Source of the DNA: Candidatus Saccharimonadota bacterium | GTDB lineage: Archaea; Micrarchaeota; Micrarchaeia; Micrarchaeales; Micrarchaeaceae | Length of the DNA: 32,000 nt | Direction: 5' to 3' | Assembly (NCBI GenBank): GCA_963698035.1 | Contig: OY969114.1 | Span: forward strand, 744,854 to 776,853 | Shown: positions 8,679 to 16,214 of the stretch, in pieces | Numbering within the stretch: the first letter of the stretch is position 1 | Layout: the number at the start of each line of letters is the position of its first letter | The notes under the pieces: generated by a model | Database searches by the model: none | Told to the model about the DNA's origin: nothing | Seen by the model: only the letters and a program-made list of their open reading frames with translations | Program-made: the position numbers and the translations under genes

Positions 8679-8852
8679 AACTCTGTCTTGACACCCAGAT
8701 TATAAATATCTACGCCCAACTAGAGCTCTGCTCATAAAATATCAAACCTGCTCACAAAGTGCCTTAAAAATTGGACTTTATGAGCAAAGCTCCCAACTAG
8801 CCTAGCCCAAGCCCAGGAGAGCTCTTCTGCTCTCTAAAAGCCTTAAAAAAGC

Positions 8853-8861
8853 TTAAATATC
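8853..8861 (+). promoter_or_regulatory. BRE/TATA promoter box TTAAATATC
   Basis: AAAAAAGC-TTAAATATC, 27 nt upstream of ATG 8880 (leaderless spacing). Confidence 0.6.
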
Positions 8862-8879
8862 TGGGCAATATAATGGTGT

Positions 8880-10073
8880 ATGTACCTTCAAATGGGTCAG
8901 TCTATGGATGCAGTAAAAAGCGCACAAGCCTGCCCCGTCTCCTTGCAAAGCCCGGAGACGGTCCGAGAGCTTTCGAGAGCCTATGATATACCGGCAGTGG
9001 ACTGCACTCTGATTGCACTGAATGCGTGCGGCCTCAGCACGGATATGTCATATCAAAGGGTCCGTTTCAAGCTCTCTTTGCAATCGAACCCCGAGGATGT
9101 TTTCTATTTGGGCATACCTGTGCTGAAAAAGGGCACGCCATTCGTATTGTCTGCCGAAAGAAAACAGCTTCTGTTTGGGGGAGAGGCGATTGGAACCATA
9201 TTAAATGCAGAAAATGACACCTGTGATTCATCGTATTTTAGGCGGAACGACACGGCCCTTACAATAAATACGAATTCGAGAAGCTCCTGCACGGGCTGTG
9301 CATTTTGTGCAACCCACAGGCAAGATGCCACGGACAAAGACCGCCTTTTGGCAGAGGAGCAATTGTCCGCTTACGTGACCGAAGTGTTCTCTGATCCAAA
9401 AAAGATGGGCGCAACCAGGCCGCATTTCCACTCGGCAGCGCCTCTGGTTAGAAAGGAACTTGACTTTTCCGCCCTTGTCCAGCTTGCAATAGTAACAGCG
9501 TGCTTTGATTCAGAAAGTGCCACAGCTGAACATATCAGAATGGTCCACGGCTTTTTCAGGAGGCATGGCTTTAACGGAGAACTTCGTTACATAGGGTGTG
9601 AGGTGATATCTGAACCTGTGCTTAAATCGCTCAAGGAAGAGATCGGTGACCTCGACATATGTCTATCGCTGGAGTGCTTCACCAGGAGAGAAAAACTGCT
9701 GCGAAAGACAAAGTCAAAGCTTACAATTGAGGATGCAGCGCATGTGCTTGGCGTGATGAAAGACCTGGGGATCAAGGGCAGTTTCACTTATATAGTCGGT
9801 CTTGATCCATTAGAAGAGATGGAGCAAGGCTTGAAGGGGCTTGCGCCGGTTGTCAGTGCCTTCCCGACGTTCCAGGTGTTCCAGCCCCACTGGGAGAGCC
9901 AGAGTGCTTTGAGAGCACCGGAAGCAGGTTCGCTGGAGTACTACCTTGAAGCTAGAAAGACCATAGAATCGCTGTATGGCGGCACGGGGTTGCGCCCGAG
10001 GCTTTGGCAAAACTATAGATCCCTCTGGTTCCTGGATTTCGCGGGCGAACATATGCACGACATAAGGGTATGA
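8880..10073 (+). CDS. Fe-S / radical-SAM-like enzyme with non-canonical CX2CX2C motif
   Basis: 397 aa. The core ALTINTNSRSSCTGCAFCATHRQD .. IVTACFDSE .. ICLSLECFTRREKLL .. FTYIVGLDP is laid out like a radical-SAM barrel, but the Cys spacing is CX2CX2C rather than CX3CX2C. The stop overlaps the next start (ATGA). Confidence 0.75.
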   Translation: MYLQMGQSMDAVKSAQACPVSLQSPETVRELSRAYDIPAVDCTLIALNACGLSTDMSYQRVRFKLSLQSNPEDVFYLGIPVLKKGTPFVLSAERKQLLFGGEAIGTILNAENDTCDSSYFRRNDTALTINTNSRSSCTGCAFCATHRQDATDKDRLLAEEQLSAYVTEVFSDPKKMGATRPHFHSAAPLVRKELDFSALVQLAIVTACFDSESATAEHIRMVHGFFRRHGFNGELRYIGCEVISEPVLKSLKEEIGDLDICLSLECFTRREKLLRKTKSKLTIEDAAHVLGVMKDLGIKGSFTYIVGLDPLEEMEQGLKGLAPVVSAFPTFQVFQPHWESQSALRAPEAGSLEYYLEARKTIESLYGGTGLRPRLWQNYRSLWFLDFAGEHMHDIRV

Positions 10074-10540
10074 GCATGGCGCGAAAAACAATTAGTTTCG
10101 ACGCTCCGGGGCTTGTGGCTGCGACTCTTAGGGGTGCTGCAGAGCGCGCCGGGAGGAGGTTTTCAGGCATAGGAATCATAGTGTATAAAGGCAGTAAACT
10201 CGATTACGAATATCACGCAGACCTAAGGCCTAACATTCCGTGCCCAAAGGGCATACGGCTTGGAAGCGCAGTATGCATCGATGAACTATTAAGGATAAGC
10301 GATCGCAGCAACCCCCTGCACGATGGATTTAACCTTTTCAATGGCAAGGGGCGGCTGACCCACGTTGCACAGTACGTCTTTTTCAGGCCGGTCAGAGGAG
10401 CATCTTCACATGACGGCTATGGCACGCGCTATATGACTGCCAAGTATGGTTCATTTGACGATTCCATCCTCATGGCCGGGATAGTGGAGCACGACCGTAA
10501 GTGTTTTATGTTCCAGAACGGCAGAATGATACCCTTGTGA
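10070..10540 (+). CDS. minimal DAC-fold (DisA_N/CdaA-like) protein with substituted catalytic motifs
   Basis: 156 aa. Alignment by eye to diadenylate cyclase domains gives three matches: GIGIIVY; NPLHDGFNLF (compare PLHDGA); and GYGTRYMTAKYGS..ILMAGIVEHDRKCFMFQNGRM (compare GTRHRAA..IVVSEETG.IS..NG). The canonical DGA and RHR motifs read DGF and RYM here. Confidence 0.75.
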   Translation: MSMARKTISFDAPGLVAATLRGAAERAGRRFSGIGIIVYKGSKLDYEYHADLRPNIPCPKGIRLGSAVCIDELLRISDRSNPLHDGFNLFNGKGRLTHVAQYVFFRPVRGASSHDGYGTRYMTAKYGSFDDSILMAGIVEHDRKCFMFQNGRMIPL

Positions 10541-10624
10541 AAATCGAAGAGCGAATGACTTAAGCCCCTTGCCGGGGAAAGAGCCCCGGAAAGGTATATA
10601 GGAATTGCGGGTTCAATCTAATGC

Positions 10625-10878
10625 ATGTATTATTTAGTAATACTCGGTCTGGTCGCTGGATTCTTGACTACAATGGCATATGTTCCGCAAGTGATAAAGG
10701 CGCTCAAGACAAAGTCCATGAAGGATCTCTCAATGCTGTGGCTTTTGACTGCGGAATTCGGGGCATATTATGGGCTTTCTATGGATTTTTCATAAGCTCT
10801 GTTCCTGTAATGCTGTGGAACGCAGTGTCGGACGTGCTTGCCGTAATACTTATAGTACTGAAGCTCAAGTACGGCTGA
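10625..10878 (+). pseudogene. frameshifted SemiSWEET paralogue
   Basis: From ATG 10625 it reads MYYLVILGLVAGFLTTMAYVPQVIKALKTKSMKDLSMLWLL.. and hits TAA at 10793. The conserved C-terminal half (ILWAFYGFFISSVPVMLWNAVSDVLAVILIVLKLKYG) is in the frame of track ORF 10621-10878. Between 10736 and 10784 this copy is 1 nt shorter than the intact copy at 3045-3299. Confidence 0.75.
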
Positions 10879-10902
10879 TAGAGGCTGGGAAAGAATGCGG
10901 AC

Positions 10903-12639
10903 TTACCCGGTTGAGTTCAACCCTGTTACATAGTAGAATCCGTAGGTAATATTCAATGGCCCGTAGGTCGCATTGATTATGCTGTTTAGCGTGAAGGTGT
11001 TCTGCACATATGTGCAGTCATTGTTCGGGGTGTGGCACCAGTAACCCCAGTCCACGACCAGGCAGCTGTATTGCTCCTTGTAGCTCTGGTAGGTCTGCAA
11101 GGATAGGTTCGACATCTGGACGGAGGTGCGGTTGTTTATCATGAATAGCATTGGGACGTCGCTGAAGACAAGGCACTGCGATGGTATTGACTTGCTGTTG
11201 TTGAAGACGAATCCTTCGTAGAACCGAGAGTCGGCGGCATTCTGTATCGCTGATGGCTGCACGCTCAGAATGGGCGAAAGCGCATACAACGGATAGAATA
11301 TCATCGCGACTATGAAGGCGTACGCCACCCCTCTTATTATCTTCCTGCTCCTCTTCTTGCTTCTCAATGACTTTCCTACGAATGAGAGTGATGCGGCATA
11401 CCCGCCAAGTATGCTGACTGGCGCTATCAGGGCGAGCATGTACCTCCAATCCATCCCATATTGAACAGATCCTGCGAAGAAAGAGGCATAGAGAATGAAG
11501 AACGAGCCGAACCAGATGGCAATAGCTGCGAGTTCTTTTCTCTTTCTGAAGAGCAGAGCTCCTACCCCAACTATTGCAAGCCCGGTGTAGATTATCGGTT
11601 GCGGCGTAGAGGGAGTAAATGATTGTCCGCCATAGGCATTCAGCCAGAAGCGTGCATTGGCACAGATATTTGCCTCAATGTTCTGCAGGCCTATAGTTGC
11701 GTTAGTGAAAATATAACCTATATTTGCACTGCAGCTGTAAGGGATATTACCGCTGCCCCAGCCAGACGCCCCATAATTGCCAGTTGTCAGCTGCGAATAG
11801 GAATAGATGGCCTCTGGGATTATCGTGACTGCGAGAATGAGTATCACTAAGAGGAACGCTGGCTTCATGAAGTTCCTCTTGAAGAGCTTGAAGTTCTTTC
11901 TTATTCCATCCTTATCGAGCACAAGGAACATCAGCAATATGACCAGAACATAGAGGAGTGCATCCACCTTCATGTACGTTACAAGTGCAAGGGCGAGCAG
12001 CGCGGCCAACAGTGTGTAAACGCTCTTCCTCTTCACGAATACGAGCATCATGAAGATAGCGACCAGAGAGAAGGTGAACATCGGCATGTCCGACGTGGTC
12101 GGAACCGCCCATATCAGGATTATCGGTGACAGACCCACTATCAGCTCTGAGAAGAGGCCGGCGACAGGATCCTCAAAGAGAACGCTTCCAACAAGGAATG
12201 CCATCAGCACCCCGACCAGTGTTACTACCAGCATCGTGCCGTATACGACAGAGAGATGCACCCCGAAGAGCGCATATCCCATCGCAAATATGAACGGGGT
12301 CCCTACCGGTTCGTGAAATACCTCTCCAGCATAGCATACCAGCGGGGTGCCATAGTTGCATGCCCACGCCTGTCCCATATGGAGCAGGTCGAGCGCACCG
12401 ACCTGGTATAGCACATCGTCAAAGAAGACGAGCTGCGTTGGCTTGACAATCGCCAGCTCTGCAGACAGGAAAATCGCAGCGATCACTACCGCAAGTATGA
12501 GGTGCCTCTTCCTTATCCCGCTCCCTTTCAGGACCTCTCCGAACTGCCTCCTGCCCAGAAAGACCGCCACAATCGTCCCCACGAACGCGACAATAATCCC
12601 TATCGTGAAAATGTATTCGGAGAGCCCTGCGAAGTCCAT
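10903..12639 (-). CDS. GT-C type membrane glycosyltransferase (ArnT/PMT/AglB-like architecture)
   Basis: 578 aa from ATG 12639; the track ORF starts at TTG 12693. It has many TM helices, an acidic loop motif FFDDVLY near the N-terminus, and a sequon-rich C-terminal soluble domain. The family assignment rests on architecture only. Confidence 0.7.
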   Translation of the reverse strand: MDFAGLSEYIFTIGIIVAFVGTIVAVFLGRRQFGEVLKGSGIRKRHLILAVVIAAIFLSAELAIVKPTQLVFFDDVLYQVGALDLLHMGQAWACNYGTPLVCYAGEVFHEPVGTPFIFAMGYALFGVHLSVVYGTMLVVTLVGVLMAFLVGSVLFEDPVAGLFSELIVGLSPIILIWAVPTTSDMPMFTFSLVAIFMMLVFVKRKSVYTLLAALLALALVTYMKVDALLYVLVILLMFLVLDKDGIRKNFKLFKRNFMKPAFLLVILILAVTIIPEAIYSYSQLTTGNYGASGWGSGNIPYSCSANIGYIFTNATIGLQNIEANICANARFWLNAYGGQSFTPSTPQPIIYTGLAIVGVGALLFRKRKELAAIAIWFGSFFILYASFFAGSVQYGMDWRYMLALIAPVSILGGYAASLSFVGKSLRSKKRSRKIIRGVAYAFIVAMIFYPLYALSPILSVQPSAIQNAADSRFYEGFVFNNSKSIPSQCLVFSDVPMLFMINNRTSVQMSNLSLQTYQSYKEQYSCLVVDWGYWCHTPNNDCTYVQNTFTLNSIINATYGPLNITYGFYYVTGLNSTG

Positions 12640-12731
12640 CAAATCTACATAATATATTACGCACAAAACATTAATAAAATTCGTTCCGGCCAAGCCTCAA
12701 GCCCAGAAGAGGAGGAAGGCTCTGAGAAGAC

Positions 12732-12740
12732 ATAAATATC
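12732..12740 (+). promoter_or_regulatory. BRE/TATA promoter box ATAAATATC (with shared leader module)
   Basis: GAGAAGAC-ATAAATATC-ATAATAAAGTGAGG..TGTGATAAT-ATG, 35 nt before ATG 12767. Confidence 0.65.
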
Positions 12741-12766
12741 ATAATAAAGTGAGGTTTTGTGATAAT

Positions 12767-13234
12767 ATGGTAAGCGTATCAAGAGCAAGAGCGATAACAG
12801 AAAGACTGGATAAAGAGCTTTTACATGTGAAAGCAGAATCTGATAGAGAACCGAAAGACGCCGCGCGTAACAGAGAAGAGAAAGAAATACGCATAGTTGA
12901 GCAGAGCGGAATACTAGACGTGCTAACGCCTAAACACATCAGAGTGCTAGAATCTATAGTCACTAGATCCCCAGCAGGAAGTCTGCTGCTAACGGAATTC
13001 TCAGGAGGACTTTACGCCCCGGATATGATGCCCAATGAGGTTGAGAGATGCGCATCTGACCTTTTGGATGCCGGGCTTATTACAATGAAGGAAAGAGGAG
13101 ACGCTGTTAATCCTGACGTAAGTATTACTCATAAAGGGCGCTTGGCCGTTGCTGCGGCGGCACGCTTAGAAGCTTATAAAAAGCTGACTAGGGTAGTTGG
13201 CACATTTGTCTCTAACCGAAGCCAACCTCACTAG
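12767..13234 (+). CDS. putative winged-helix DNA-binding protein
   Basis: 155 aa from ATG 12767; the track start at GTG 12749 lies in the leader. LTPKHIRVLESIV ... DLLDAGLITMKERGDAV..VSITHKGRLA looks like a MarR/ArsR-type wHTH. Confidence 0.6.
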   Translation: MVSVSRARAITERLDKELLHVKAESDREPKDAARNREEKEIRIVEQSGILDVLTPKHIRVLESIVTRSPAGSLLLTEFSGGLYAPDMMPNEVERCASDLLDAGLITMKERGDAVNPDVSITHKGRLAVAAAARLEAYKKLTRVVGTFVSNRSQPH

Positions 13235-13328
13235 GGCTAGGTAGAAAGGATTAACAAATTTGGGGGGAATGCTGGGGCTTCATAGAGCCTCTCTCCGTCT
13301 ATAAACCTTCTAAAAAAGCATAAATATC
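13231..13328 (+). repeat. 98-nt promoter-bearing intergenic repeat, copy 1
   Basis: CTAGGGCTAGGTAGAAAGGATTAACAAATTTGGGGGGAATGCTGGGGCTTCATAGAGCCTCTCTCCGTCTATAAACCTTCTAAAAAAGCATAAATATC. It aligns end to end with 14291-14388 at roughly three-quarters identity by eye. It ends in the TATA box. Confidence 0.75.
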
Positions 13329-13356
13329 ATGATAAATAGAGTCTTTTTGTGATACT

Positions 13357-13728
13357 ATGCCAGCAAATGTTACAGCTAGGGAAAAGGAGGAGTTGAAAAG
13401 TGTTGCATCCCTTCTTTTTATGGGTGGCAGGCCAGAAATAGCGACCCACCTGCTAAGGATAGTCGGAATCGGGTCCCAAGCCGAGATAGCTGGCGTAAAG
13501 GCATTGTTACGCGAGGATATTGATGTTCACGAAGCATCTAGTGCGCTAAACCGGACGGTCGAGATCCTTAAAAACCTAAGGAACGGCAGGGAGACGGAAA
13601 GGGCCAAGTGGGGCAAAATTGACGAAGACCTGCGCCAGGCCATTGAAGAAACCGAAACGTTGGCTGGTGGCGTCAAGACGCTTTCGGACCTCTCTGACGT
13701 TGGAATCGAGTATGTTGTTCCTAGATAA
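13357..13728 (+). CDS. hypothetical protein
   Basis: 123 aa with an ATGCCA (Met-Pro) start 37 nt after ATAAATATC (13320-13328) and the shared leader ..TTTGTGATACT-ATG. No motif recognised. Confidence 0.65.
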   Translation: MPANVTAREKEELKSVASLLFMGGRPEIATHLLRIVGIGSQAEIAGVKALLREDIDVHEASSALNRTVEILKNLRNGRETERAKWGKIDEDLRQAIEETETLAGGVKTLSDLSDVGIEYVVPR

Positions 13729-13740
13729 TAGCGTGCTTTT

Positions 13741-13748
13741 GTGATAAT
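13741..13748 (+). promoter_or_regulatory. Shine-Dalgarno-like GTGATAAT at an internal operon junction
   Basis: Immediately precedes ATG 13749, with no TATA box in the 20-nt gap. GTGAT is complementary to the AUCAC near the 16S rRNA 3' end. Confidence 0.6.
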
Positions 13749-14219
13749 ATGCCAACAAAAAAGGCGAGTAAATCATCTGAACTAAACCTTGAACAGCTTG
13801 ATAGGATAGTCGCGTTGGGACCAAATGCATCAAGGATACAAAAACTTTTTGATGCTGAATTTGCCAAAGCAAAGGCGCGGCTTCCAGAAAGTTCAGAGGA
13901 TGATCTCCGAGTAATAGAGGTGACGATAGAAGAAACAATGAATCTTCGTGTAGACGCAAGAACTGAAGCTAGAAGCGTACTTAAAGGCCTGAAAAGAGTA
14001 GTGACAGGGGAAGAAGATCTGGAACGTATAGACGCCGCTCTATCTCCGCAATTTGCTCAGGAGCATTCTTATGCGTATATAAACACGCTTAACCGCAGAG
14101 TTAGAATGGCATTGTCGGACATAGGTCGCAAGGAGCTGGTAAAGGCGTTGAATCAAATAATAGATAATGTTGCCAAACAATTACCGCATAGTGTTCTTGT
14201 ATTGCCTAAGCAATCTTAG
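13749..14219 (+). CDS. hypothetical protein
   Basis: 156 aa with an ATGCCA start 20 nt after the previous stop (operon with 13357-13728). No motif recognised. Confidence 0.65.
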   Translation: MPTKKASKSSELNLEQLDRIVALGPNASRIQKLFDAEFAKAKARLPESSEDDLRVIEVTIEETMNLRVDARTEARSVLKGLKRVVTGEEDLERIDAALSPQFAQEHSYAYINTLNRRVRMALSDIGRKELVKALNQIIDNVAKQLPHSVLVLPKQS

Positions 14220-14240
14220 TTTTTCTCCGATTCCTTCATT

Positions 14241-14275
14241 AAGCTCAAGCCTCCTAACCAAGCCTAACCTAAGCA
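14241..14275 (+). repeat. AAGCCN-type hexamer tract
   Basis: AAGCTCAAGCCTCCTAACCAAGCCTAACCTAAGCA. It belongs to the C-rich tract family found just after many stop codons. Confidence 0.6.
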
Positions 14276-14290
14276 TCTAAGAGAAACGCA

Positions 14291-14388
14291 CTAGGGCTAG
14301 GGAGAAGGGATTCAAAGATTTGTGGGAGAATGCTAAGGCTCCCTAGAGCCCTCTCCGTCGAGAAGGCTCTAAGAAAAGCTTAAATATC
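14291..14388 (+). repeat. 98-nt promoter-bearing intergenic repeat, copy 2
   Basis: CTAGGGCTAGGGAGAAGGGATTCAAAGATTTGTGGGAGAATGCTAAGGCTCCCTAGAGCCCTCTCCGTCGAGAAGGCTCTAAGAAAAGCTTAAATATC. It contains an internal inverted repeat, AGGGCTAGGGAG / CTCCCTAGAGCCCT. Confidence 0.75.
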
Positions 14389-14453
14389 TGATTCAGCACT
14401 ACTTCTTCTGGGTTATCAGACACACTTGCTTTTCAAAAGATATTTGGGAGAAC

Positions 14454-15476
14454 ATGCTAACGAAAACTGCGCTTCAAGAAGGGTTAACAATAACGAAAGA
14501 TTTTAGAGAAAAGGCCATGACCCACCGAACCAAGGTCGGTGGCGCTATTGAGTCCCACGGGGAGTGGAAGGGCGGCTTCAACATCGAACTTTTAGGTTAT
14601 GAGGGCTATCACGCCCAGGTCACCTCGCTTATAGCTGGCTTAGAAGAAGGTAACAGGGGTGAAGATTTCGGACACTATATTGAAATGTACCAAGACTCTG
14701 TGCTTGCCTTCCAAGGCAAGTTTGAGAAATACCCTATGTGCCCGCTAGATTGTTGGGGTTGGTACCATGCATATGCACCATCAGTAAGAGTAATCGTAGC
14801 AGATACAGCGGGTGATATTTATTATGATCAACCCCTTCAAAAAATATTAGAGTTGCCAGCTGGCGCCGAAGTTTACCCTTCAAAAACACTTCAAGAAGTA
14901 AAACCGCTCCAAAACATGAAGCCGTTAGGAGATAGAACGCCGCTCCAGACCGAGTTTTGGATGAGGCATTCCGAAGACATTGACGCCATAGCAAATGTAG
15001 CATTTGATTATAGAGATAGGAACATAGTATTCGGTGACGGCAAACAAAAATATTTGATTGACGCTGTCGCTTTTGTCATGTGTGATGGAAGGATTCAGGG
15101 TGGATATAGAACAGAAACAATCAACCATAAAGGGTTCACGGCAACAGATACTGGGTGCGTACTTGCATCACGACAAGGCTACCACGGTACCGATTATGAA
15201 ATAATGGCTCCTATTTTACCTCCGTGGGTTAAGGATGATGAGGCAAAAGCGTTTCTTTCAGTAGCAGTAGACTGGAAAAGAGTGTTAGATTTCGCAAATT
15301 CTGGCATGCGGCTTATCGTATTTAATTCTGAAAGAAAACAGATTTTTGATGGTCATTTAGTAGACGTCAATGCGAGCATTGTCGATGCCGGTGCTGTTTA
15401 TGACAGGCTTAGGCTGCTCAGGGGAAGGCTCAACTCGGAGCCGAAGCTTAAAAGCCTGGCTAGAGCCAAAAGCTAA
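14454..15476 (+). CDS. cytidine-deaminase-fold-like protein with non-canonical active-site residues (tentative)
   Basis: 340 aa. KVGGAIESHGEWKGGFNIE..YHAQVTSL..YPMCPLDCWGWY resembles the CDA pattern (VGAA..G.NIEN..[CH]AE..PCxxC), but Q replaces the catalytic E and the Cys spacing is CX3C. The second half (LIDAVAFVMCDGRIQGGYRTE) may be a degenerate second domain. Confidence 0.6.
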   Translation: MLTKTALQEGLTITKDFREKAMTHRTKVGGAIESHGEWKGGFNIELLGYEGYHAQVTSLIAGLEEGNRGEDFGHYIEMYQDSVLAFQGKFEKYPMCPLDCWGWYHAYAPSVRVIVADTAGDIYYDQPLQKILELPAGAEVYPSKTLQEVKPLQNMKPLGDRTPLQTEFWMRHSEDIDAIANVAFDYRDRNIVFGDGKQKYLIDAVAFVMCDGRIQGGYRTETINHKGFTATDTGCVLASRQGYHGTDYEIMAPILPPWVKDDEAKAFLSVAVDWKRVLDFANSGMRLIVFNSERKQIFDGHLVDVNASIVDAGAVYDRLRLLRGRLNSEPKLKSLARAKS

Positions 15477-15490
15477 ATAGAGCCTCACTA

Positions 15491-15540
15491 GGGCTAGAGA
15501 GAAGGGAAGCTAGAGCACCCCTCTAAGGGGCCCCGAGAGC
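15491..15540 (+). repeat. about 50-nt intergenic repeat (GGGCTAGAGAGAAGGG..CTAGAGCACCCCTCTAAGGGGCCC), copy 1
   Basis: GGGCTAGAGAGAAGGGAAGCTAGAGCACCCCTCTAAGGGGCCCCGAGAGC. Near-identical to 20022-20070 and more diverged from 18996-19044. Confidence 0.75.
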
Positions 15541-15583
15541 ATGCTAGAGGGCCCCTAGGCCCTCTCCCAAGGACTAGAAATGC

Positions 15584-15592
15584 ATAAATATC
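15584..15592 (+). promoter_or_regulatory. BRE/TATA promoter box ATAAATATC
   Basis: CTAGAAATGC-ATAAATATC, 30 nt upstream of ATG 15614 (leaderless spacing). Confidence 0.6.
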
Positions 15593-15613
15593 TTATATAA
15601 ACAGTGTAATTCC

Positions 15614-16171
15614 ATGGCGGATACCATAGAATATAATTACAAAGCAGTAAGCCACAAGGAGATGGCAGGATTCTGCAAAACGATGGCCGCAGAGATCAAG
15701 AGGCGCTTTGGCAAGCCTGCATGCATAGCGTTCATAATCCGGGGAGGGATTGTGCCTGGCAGATTGCTCAGCGATTGGCTTGGCTGCAAAGAGCTTATAG
15801 GAATCAGGGCAAGGAAATTCCAAGACATAGGAAAATTCGGCAAAGTCACCATAGACCAATCAAGCGTAGAGCAGATTAAGGCTCTGAATCTACCCGACGA
15901 TGCAACCATATTGCTTGTTGATGACATCAGCGGCACGGGCGAGACTCTCAAATGTGTCAAGGATAGCATCGCTCTAGCCTTCCCAAAGGCGAGGATAGTA
16001 ACGGCTGCTGCCCTTTCCATGCCAGGCACAAAATGCGCACCTGATGTTTTTGCGGACACGGTCAGTGACGACAGCTGGGTTGTATTTGAATACGAGGTTG
16101 CCGAGACTATGCGCAGCTTCGAGGTGCAAAACAACAAAAAAGGATTGGACTGGCTGAAAAAGGCATTCTAA
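15614..16171 (+). CDS. type I phosphoribosyltransferase, purine (hypoxanthine/guanine/xanthine) PRT-like
   Basis: 185 aa with the PRPP-binding loop ILLVDDISGTGETL. Confidence 0.88.
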   Translation: MADTIEYNYKAVSHKEMAGFCKTMAAEIKRRFGKPACIAFIIRGGIVPGRLLSDWLGCKELIGIRARKFQDIGKFGKVTIDQSSVEQIKALNLPDDATILLVDDISGTGETLKCVKDSIALAFPKARIVTAAALSMPGTKCAPDVFADTVSDDSWVVFEYEVAETMRSFEVQNNKKGLDWLKKAF

Positions 16172-16214
16172 AAAGAAAGGATTTATATTTTAACTGGCAA
16201 ATAGTTTTGATTCT

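Noticed and set aside
10621-10878. Intact 85-aa gene as listed in the ORF track
   Set aside because: Only its C-terminal half resembles SemiSWEET. The PQ-loop half is encoded in another frame starting at 10625. I therefore call it a frameshifted pseudogene, or possibly an assembly indel.
13741-13748. GTGATAAT as a novel regulatory element in its own right
   Set aside because: It is complementary to the conserved 16S rRNA 3' end (AUCAC). Counted as part of an extended GGAGGTGAT site, its spacing to the start codon is in the normal range. It is most simply a Shine-Dalgarno sequence. Only its position relative to the predicted transcription start is odd, and that is noted under the promoter-leader finding.
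15637-16137. 166-aa minus-strand ORF
   Set aside because: It is antisense to the phosphoribosyltransferase gene, whose PRPP loop is clear, so it is a shadow ORF.
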